From assembly GCF_001194135.2 (NCBI RefSeq), contig NC_068990.1, forward strand, positions 12,770,839 through 12,834,800: 63,962 nt of DNA, in the 5' to 3' direction. Under the pieces are notes generated by a model. That model was given only the letters and a program-made list of their open reading frames with translations, made no database searches and was not told the origin of the DNA. Source of the DNA: Octopus bimaculoides. Its lineage: Eukaryota. Positions 56,620 through 63,962 of this stretch are shown piece after piece. Made by a program: the position numbers and the translations under genes. Position 1 is the first letter of the stretch, and every line of letters starts with the position of its first letter.

Positions 56620-57109
56620 CATCATCATCATCATCGTTTAACGTCCGCTTTCCATGCTAGCATGGGTTGGACGATTTGACTGAGGACTGGTGAAACCGGA
56701 TGGCAACACCAGGCTCCAGTCTGATTTGGCAGAGTTTCTACAGCTGGATGCCCTTCCTAACGCCAACCACTCAGAGAGTGTAGTGGGTGCTTTTACGTGT
56801 CACCCGCACGAAAACGGCCACGCTCGAAATGGTGTCTTTTATGTGCCACCCGCACAAGCCAGTCCAGGGGCACTGGCAACGATCTCGCTCGAAAATCCTA
56901 CAGGAGCCAGTCAGGCGGTACTGGCAACGGCCACGCTCAAAATGGTGCATCTCATGTGCCACCCGCACAAGAACCAGTCCAGGGGCACTGGCAACGATCT
57001 TACTTGGCTTGCCGGGTCTTCTCACGCACAGCCCATTTCCAAAGGTCTCGGTCCGTAGTCATCGCCTCGGTGAGGCCCAATGTACGAAGGTCTTGCCTCA
57101 CCACCTTTG
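56620..57109 (-). mobile_element. 5'-truncated RTE-clade LINE: ORF2 C-terminus, 3' UTR and (GAT)n tail
   Basis: The minus strand of 57107-57000 encodes KVVRQDLRTLGLTEAMTTDRDLWKWAVREKTRQAK*, a typical RTE ORF2 ending (DL..LG......DR..W). Confidence 0.85.
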
Positions 57110-57939
57110 TATATTTTAGCATCTACCTGGGATTTTCATGACTCCATAAAAATTGATGACAGTGAACAGATTTGATTGAAAGATAATATCAAAGAGCATG
57201 GGATAGAGAAGCAGAAGAAAGGGAGATTGTGTAATTTTAAGAAGAGTTTGAGGAGAAACTGCAACTACAAAATGACAACACACACATACACATGTATTCT
57301 GTGATTGTAAGAAAAAGAGAGAGAGTGGGAGAGAGAGAAGGAGTGGCGAGAGAGAGAAAGAACCATATGGGAAACATATGCCCAAGAGAGTTGAGGATAC
57401 ATTGAGAATAATAATGGAGAGAGATTAGGAGATAAGTAAAGATAGAAAAGAGAAAGAAATAGATAATGGGCGAAAGAGAGACAACTGATAAAAACAAAGA
57501 TGTCGTAGCAGTAATAGTTACTTTGCATTGTATGTGTGTATGTGAGGAATCCATGCAGGTAGTATTGTAGCAACTGTGGAAGAAAACAATTGATGAGAAG
57601 TAGTAAGAATGACAGAGATTGTGATGGAGATATAAAAGGAATGATGAAAACAAGAAATAAGGAAAAGAGTCAAACACTGTTATTGGGTGAATTGAAATTA
57701 GGGGCTAAAAAAGAAAATAATATGAGGTATATCTTTCAGGGTTTTTTCTTTTTTTTTTTTTTGCAGGGTTTTTGTCAAGGAAATAAATATTTTCATACAC
57801 AGATATTTAATGAGATAAAGTATGTGAAAATCTGTTGTTTAAATAGAAACAAGTAAATAGCAAGTTGGTTTTTTTTTGTGTAAATAAACAAAAATAATTT
57901 CCTAAATTTATTGAAAATTTCCTGAAAGCCTAGCCTCTA

Positions 57940-57986
<47 letters not shown>

Positions 57987-58117
57987 TAATAATAATGATA
58001 ATAATAATAATAATAATAATAATGATAATAATAATGATAATAATAATGATAATAATAATGATAATAATAATGATAATAATAATGACAATAATAATAATAA
58101 TAATAATAACAATAATG

Positions 58118-58187
<70 letters not shown>

Positions 58188-59029
58188 TAATAATAATGAT
58201 AATAATAATGATAATAATAATAATAATGATNNNNNNNNNNNNNNNNNNNNNNNNNNNNNNNNNNNNNNNNNNNNNNNNNNNNNNNNNNNNNNNNNNNNNN
58301 NNNNNNNNNNNNNNNNNNNNNNNNNNNNNNNNNNNNNNNNNNNNNNNNNNNNNNNNNNNNNNNNNNNNNNNNNNNNNNNNNNNNNNNNNNNNNNNNNNNN
58401 NNNNNNNNNNNNNNNNNNNNNNNNNNNNNNNNNNNNNNNNNNNNNNNNNNNNNNNNNNNNNNNNNNNNNNNNNNNNNNNNNNNNNNNNNNNNNNNNNNNN
58501 NNNNNNNNNNNNNNNNNNNNNNNNNNNNNNNNNNNNNNNNNNNNNNNNNNNNNNNNNNNNNNNNNNNNNNNNNNNNNNNNNNNNNNNNNNNNNNNNNNNN
58601 NNNNNNNNNNNNNNNNNNNNNNNNNNNNNNNNNNNNNNNNNNNNNNNNNNNNNNNNNNNNNNNNNNNNNNNNNNNNNNNNNNNNNNNNNNNNNNNNNNNN
58701 NNNNNNNNNNNNNNNNNNNNNNNNNNNNNNNNNNNNNNNNNNNNNNNNNNNNNNNNNNNNNNNNNNNNNNNNNNNNNNNNNNNNNNNNNNNNNNNNNNNN
58801 NNNNNNNNNNNNNNNNNNNNNNNNNNNNNNNNNNNNNNNNNNNNNNNNNNNNTCACTTGAACAAAACTGTACAAATCCAAATATATGGTACCCTAGGCAT
58901 AACACCTACATGAACTTCTAACTTGTTTTCTCTTGAGGTCTCTGGGTGAGACTTGGATCCAACTTGTACAAATGCAAAACAAAAGTCAAACATAAAATAA
59001 TAATAATAATGATAATAATAATGATAATA

Positions 59030-59073
<44 letters not shown>

Positions 59074-59262
59074 CCTTTCTACTATGGGCAGGTTAGCAAT
59101 ACTCAACTGGTACTTGAGTTCATTGACCCTGAAGGATGAAAGGCAAAGTTGACCTCGGCAAAATTTGAACTCACGACATAAAGACAGATGAAATGCCACT
59201 AAGCATTTTCTCCAGTGTGCTAAAGATACTGCCAACTCACCATCTTAATAATAATAATAATA

Positions 59263-59293
<31 letters not shown>

Positions 59294-59545
59294 CAAATTT
59301 TGTCACAAGTGCAGCCATTTTGGGGGAAGGGATTAAGTCAATTACATCGACGCCAGTGCATTAATGGTACTTATTTTATTGATCCCCAAAAGGATGAAAG
59401 GCAAAGTCAACCTCGGTAGGGTAGAGTTTGAACTCAGGACAGTGGCAGATGAAATACTACTAAATATTTCACCCAGTGTACTAATGATTCTGCCAAGCTC
59501 ACTGCCTTAATAATAACAGTAATAATAATAATAATAATAATAATA

Positions 59546-59597
<52 letters not shown>

Positions 59598-59600
59598 CGA

Positions 59601-59633
<33 letters not shown>

Positions 59634-59640
59634 TGAAGAT
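57940..59640. repeat. (AAT)n/(GAT)n/(GAC)n trinucleotide field with a 622-N gap and interleaved SINEs
   Basis: Read directly from the sequence. Confidence 0.95.
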
Positions 59641-61790
59641 TCTTTTTGGAAGGCCTGAAATTCTATAAGGGCACAAATTTGGAGGAGGGGGTAGCTGATT
59701 ATGTCAACTCCACTTTTCAACTAGTATTTATTTTATCATCCCCAAAACTGCTTATTTTATTAACCCCAAAAGTAAAATTTGAACTCATAACGTAAAGACA
59801 GAGAAAATGCTGCTAAGCATTTTGCCCAGCATGCTAACAATAATGATAATAAAAGTTTCAAATTTTGTCTCAAGGTCAACAATGTTAGGGAAAGTGTACG
59901 TGTATTAGACGGGTACTTTCTTCCATCAACCCAAAAGGTCAAAAGTCAAAGTTGACCTCAGCAGTAGTAAAGAAGAAGGAAATGAAGGAGAAAATAAGTA
60001 CATGAAGGAAAATCGATTTGGTGAAGTTGCTAGAAATAGCAGTGAAGTGTCCTTCAGATATTAGATAGAAATAGAGTGAGGCTGCCTTCAAATCACAACC
60101 TACCATATAAAAATGGATACACTATAAAGAAAAAAAGAAGAGGTGGTCATAGGTTTGATGTTGATACAAAGTTTCATTTTGTACCATTTTAATTTAGTAC
60201 CAACAGAATGAAGTCAATATCATTATTCTTTTCCCTTACTTAAAGCTAGTATATTTTATACTTCTTGTGTTCTCAATGTACTATTCTTAACATGTACCTT
60301 ACCATTTTAGAGTTTCTTCCATGTTGTCTCTAATTTTTTCTTTTTGTATTCTTAAATGCTCAACTCTTCCACATGCTTCTTATTGATCTTTCATCTGATT
60401 ATGATAACACACATTCTATTGTAATTGTACCTGTTATCAATATGTTGTAATCTTTAGATTAGTGTTCTCAACTTATTACTTGAAACTTTCTTATCTTAGG
60501 CTAGTTTTCTAGTTTGTTTGTTTTTCTATTTTCACTTCATTTCTTTTTACAGTTCCAATCTATTTTGTGTTTCTTATTGACTATACACCTGGTAATGATA
60601 GCACCTGCAGTATGGCAAAGTGTACCTCAAATTGATGTGTTGTACTCTGCAAAAATACACAAGATCTACTGATTTTACTCTTAAGCCTGATCTAAGGAAT
60701 TAACCTTTAGTACACTTAGGCACATCATGTCACTGTGTGAGTTTTCTCCCCAGTAGCTGCAGGTGCACATTGAGAGGGAAAAAAACTTGTACAGTAATAT
60801 GATGTCCCTACAGCATGCTAAAAGTTAAAAGGTTTTTGATTAGGCATAAAGCCATCACTATTTTTAAGAAAAGGTGTTTAACTGATGCCACCATTTTCCA
60901 GTACAAGACTGGCACTTTATTTTATCAATCCCATAAGGATGAATAATAAAGTTGATCTCAGTAGGATTTGAACTCAGAACATTAAGAACCAGGACAAATA
61001 CCTCAAAGCACTTTTAATCATGGTTTCAAATTTTGGCGCATGGCCAGCAATTTTAGGGAAGGGAAAGTTGATTACACCCACTTCGGGGCTAAACTGGTAC
61101 TTGTTTATTGCCCTCAAAAGGATGAATGACAAAGTTAACCTCTGCAGAATTTGAACTCAGAATATAGATTTGGTACAAATACACGAACTATTTTTTCCAA
61201 TGTTCAAAAATATCTGCTAGCAATAACATTTATATTACTATAATTAGGCTTGAATGTATGGTAAGGAGTTTGCTTCCCAACCACATGGTTCTGGGTTCAG
61301 TCTCTCTTCATGGTACCGTCAACAATGTCTTCTACTACAGACCCAGGCTGAATGAAGTCTTGTGAGAGGAATTGGTAGACAGAAACAGCAAGAAGCTTAC
61401 TATGTATATGTGTGTTTGTGTACATGCTGTGTATGTGTTTGTGTTTGTGTGTGTACGTGTTAGTATATGTGTGTGTACATGTGTGTCCCCTTGTTTTGAT
61501 ATTGGGTGACAGTTTTAAAAATGAGTGTCACAGTCTTACTTGCAATATTTCTCATAGCCATTATTCTGACGGAACCTGCTAAACCATGGGTGGGGAAATA
61601 CTGATTTCAAATTTTGGCACAATGCCAGCAATTTGGAGGAAGGCGTTCAATTGGTATTTATCTTATTGACCATCCTGAAAGAGGAAAAGCAACATCAACC
61701 TCAGTGGAATTTGAACTCTAAATGTGAAGCCAAATGAAATGCTGCTAAGCATTTTGCCTGGCATGCTAACAATTCAGCTAGCTCGCCGCC
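59080..61790 (-). mobile_element. Series of at least six degenerate SINE family C copies
   Basis: ggatgaaaggcaaagttgacctc...atttgaactc recurs near 59.1, 59.4, 59.75, 60.95, 61.1 and 61.7 kb. Confidence 0.75.
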
Positions 61791-62562
61791 TTTCATGGGA
61801 GAAATATTACCATGCTTGGAAACAGGTGACGGTTGGCGGCAAGAAGGGGTTCTAGCCACAGACATCAACCACAATGAACTTTGTCCAATCCAAGCAAGCA
61901 TGAAAAAGAGGATGTTGCAATGACGTTGATGCTAATTTGCTCATACGGTAACATTGCTCATCCGGTAACATTGCTCATACGGTAACATTGCTCATATTAC
62001 TATAATTTAAAGCATTCATACAACAGGTCATAGATGTTGACTTGTACTTGTAAGAGTTATATTATATTTATTAACTTTATATTGATGAATAACTGTGTCA
62101 TCTGCTGAAGGATTCCAGTCAGCCAGTTATTGGTTTGTAGCCGTTTTGATGGTGAGATTAACAAGGGAATATCTGTAATCCAGTGCATAATGTATATTAA
62201 AAAGACTCTCCTTGAAGAGCACGTCTTTCGGTTTTATTGACCTCATTTACATGCTTCACAGCTGTGCATGGACAAAGCTGATGACCATACATTACTACAA
62301 ACACAGAGACATACAAGCGTACAATTGCATATAAGCTAGTTACATGGAAATATAATAAATACATGTGTTTGTTTGTGTGTATATATGCACACACATGCTT
62401 ATATGTATGTGTATGTATATATATATATATATATATATATAGACGGTTTAGATATAGATTCAAGGTTGAATATGGTACTTATGCGTAGGCACCCGAATAT
62501 CGTATTCCAAAAGGATAGGTGATCAAAATCAAAAAATAAGCAACACTGATTTCAAAGGTGAT

Positions 62563-62651
62563 TGCAGTACGCACGTTTCATGCTACTCCAATTTATTTAA
62601 GTAATGCGAGCATTACATTAAATGCAATATGAAGAGCAATCTTCAGCTGCA
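62563..62651 (-). ncRNA. Type I hammerhead ribozyme motif (mirror copy, core intact)
   Basis: Exact reverse complement of 62818-62906. Confidence 0.75.
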
Positions 62652-62817
62652 CGAAAATGCAGAAAATTACAGTAGAAAAGACATATTATAAATGTGGCAA
62701 CATTTCAAATCCAAGTGGGAGAGAGAATACATAAAAATCCAAGTGGGAGGAAGAATACATAAATCCATCTTGACATAGCCGAGTCTGTCTTTTCTACTGT
62801 AATTTTCTGCATTTTCA

Positions 62818-62906
62818 TGCAGCTGAAGATTGCTCTTCATATTGCATTTAATGTAATGCTCGCATTACTTAAATAAATTGGAGTAGCATGAAACGTGCGT
62901 ACTGCA
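62818..62906 (+). ncRNA. Type I hammerhead ribozyme motif with long stem II
   Basis: Stem I tgcag/ctgca; CUGAAGA 62823-62829; stem II 62830-62889 (tgct/agca, capped by gtaatgc-tc-gcattac); GAAA 62890-62893; C-GUGC-GUA with predicted cleavage after 62901. Confidence 0.78.
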
Positions 62907-62994
62907 ACCACCTTTGAAATCCGTGTTGCTTATTTTTTGATTATATATATATATATATATATATATAAATATGTGACACTTATTCGGTAGCCAT

Positions 62995-63055
62995 GATAAA
63001 ACTCTGAGTTTTGGATGCCGGGGTGGGAACCCACGCCAACACCTCTTCAGTTATC
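62995..63055 (-). ncRNA. Hammerhead motif with G12-to-A substitution (predicted inactive)
   Basis: The minus strand reads CUGAAGA-GGUGUUGG...CCGGCAUCC-AAAA instead of GAAA (T at 63012). Confidence 0.65.
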
Positions 63056-63089
63056 CGCCTTTTTTTTCTTTTTCTTTTTTTTTTTTCAA

Positions 63090-63163
63090 TGGCCGGATAA
63101 CTGAAGAGATGTTGGTGTGAGTTCCCACCCTGGCATCCGAAACTCGGAGTTTTATCATGGCTA
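63090..63163 (+). ncRNA. Type I hammerhead ribozyme motif, canonical core
   Basis: Stem I gataa(63096-63100)/ttatc(63152-63156), extended by tggccg/tggcta; CUGAAGA 63101-63107; G10.1-C11.1 stem II gatgttgg/ctggcatc; GAAA 63139-63142; stem III act-cgg-agt; GUU triplet with predicted cleavage after 63151. Confidence 0.8.
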
Positions 63164-63561
63164 CCGAATAAGTGTCACATATTTTTACAGATATATTCCT
63201 CTATTTACATAATATCAAGGTCTCCTTTCTTTTGTTGCTTTTCTATCAATATATATATATATATATTATATATATACATACATAAATGTGTGTATGTTAT
63301 ATATAGATATGTCTATATAAATATATGTGTATACACACACATACATATATATAATCTAAGAGTAGAGTAAAACAGGGGAGTTGGTTAAATTATTCAGATG
63401 TGTATAATACCCAAAGAAAATTAGAGGTCTAATTACATTTTATACTTGTCTAGAATCTGGATATACAAAAGTTTATATAAAGTTCTAAACACTGGTTGAC
63501 TTTTAAACTACTTTATATGAAATAGCATATGTACACACACACACAAACATACACACACACA

Positions 63562-63604
<43 letters not shown>

Positions 63605-63617
63605 ACACATACACATA

Positions 63618-63851
63618 CAGGGTTGACCAAAAGTCACCTGAAAGTAAATCAAAACCATTTAATTCAAAGATAAAAACAAAATAATTTTATATGAGACTTC
63701 ACTAATAAATAGACAAATGTTGAAAGAAATGGTGATTTTAATTCACAGCATTCAATTATTTAACATTCATAATTGGAATGAATAATTAAAATTGAACATT
63801 AAGTATTTATGGAATTTTGACTTACTGTCGGGTGACTTTTGACCAACCCTG
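63618..63851. mobile_element. Tc1/mariner (pogo-like) MITE, 234 bp, 21-bp TIRs
   Basis: TA|CAGGGTTGACCAAAAGTCACC and GGTGACTTTTGACCAACCCTG|tg (2 mismatches; the right TA has decayed). Confidence 0.85.
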
Positions 63852-63962
63852 TGTATATATACACATATATATATATATATATATATATATCAGTAATTTC
63901 ATCATGTTAAACCATTAATGCCAATGAGGACCTGACATCCTCAAATTGGTGATATATATATA

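Larger units (their letters stand above)
62527..62942. mobile_element. Foldback element with 156-bp arms (62527-62682 and 62787-62942, 3 mismatches); spacer contains a 28-bp repeat twice
   Basis: Arms were aligned by hand. The spacer repeat aaatccaagtgggag..agaatacataa occupies 62707-62762. Each arm carries a hammerhead motif. Confidence 0.9.
62967..63184. mobile_element. Foldback element with 91-bp arms (62967-63057 and 63094-63184, 6 transitions) and a T-rich spacer
   Basis: Arms were aligned by hand; each carries a hammerhead motif. Confidence 0.9.

Noticed and set aside
56690-57141. Several GC-rich overlapping ORFs
   Set aside because: They are read-throughs of the RTE 3' UTR minisatellite; only the 57107-57000 minus frame is a true ORF2 remnant.

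Overview
AT-rich, microsatellite-dense eukaryotic DNA with about ten large assembly gaps, most next to (TA)n/(CA)n/(AAT)n arrays. The repeat families look like those of an octopus-type cephalopod; this is inferred from recognition, not a database search. No host protein-coding gene can be supported, and nearly all ORF-track entries are microsatellite, gap or repeat read-throughs. The window holds three tRNA-SINE-like families, 3' ends of an RTE LINE, an internally deleted CR1-type LINE, a Penelope GIY-YIG remnant, mariner, hAT and piggyBac-type MITEs, a non-autonomous Helitron and a possible solo LTR. The main finding is a set of type I hammerhead ribozyme motifs in four unrelated sequence contexts: 38-99 (+), 48419-48464 (-), an inverted pair in 62527-62942 and an inverted pair in 62967-63184. 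Three of the four lie in foldback structures. Three carry a non-Watson-Crick 10.1/11.1 position (U.U or A.A). They are most likely Penelope-like terminal repeats or retrozyme-like elements. Activity is untested.
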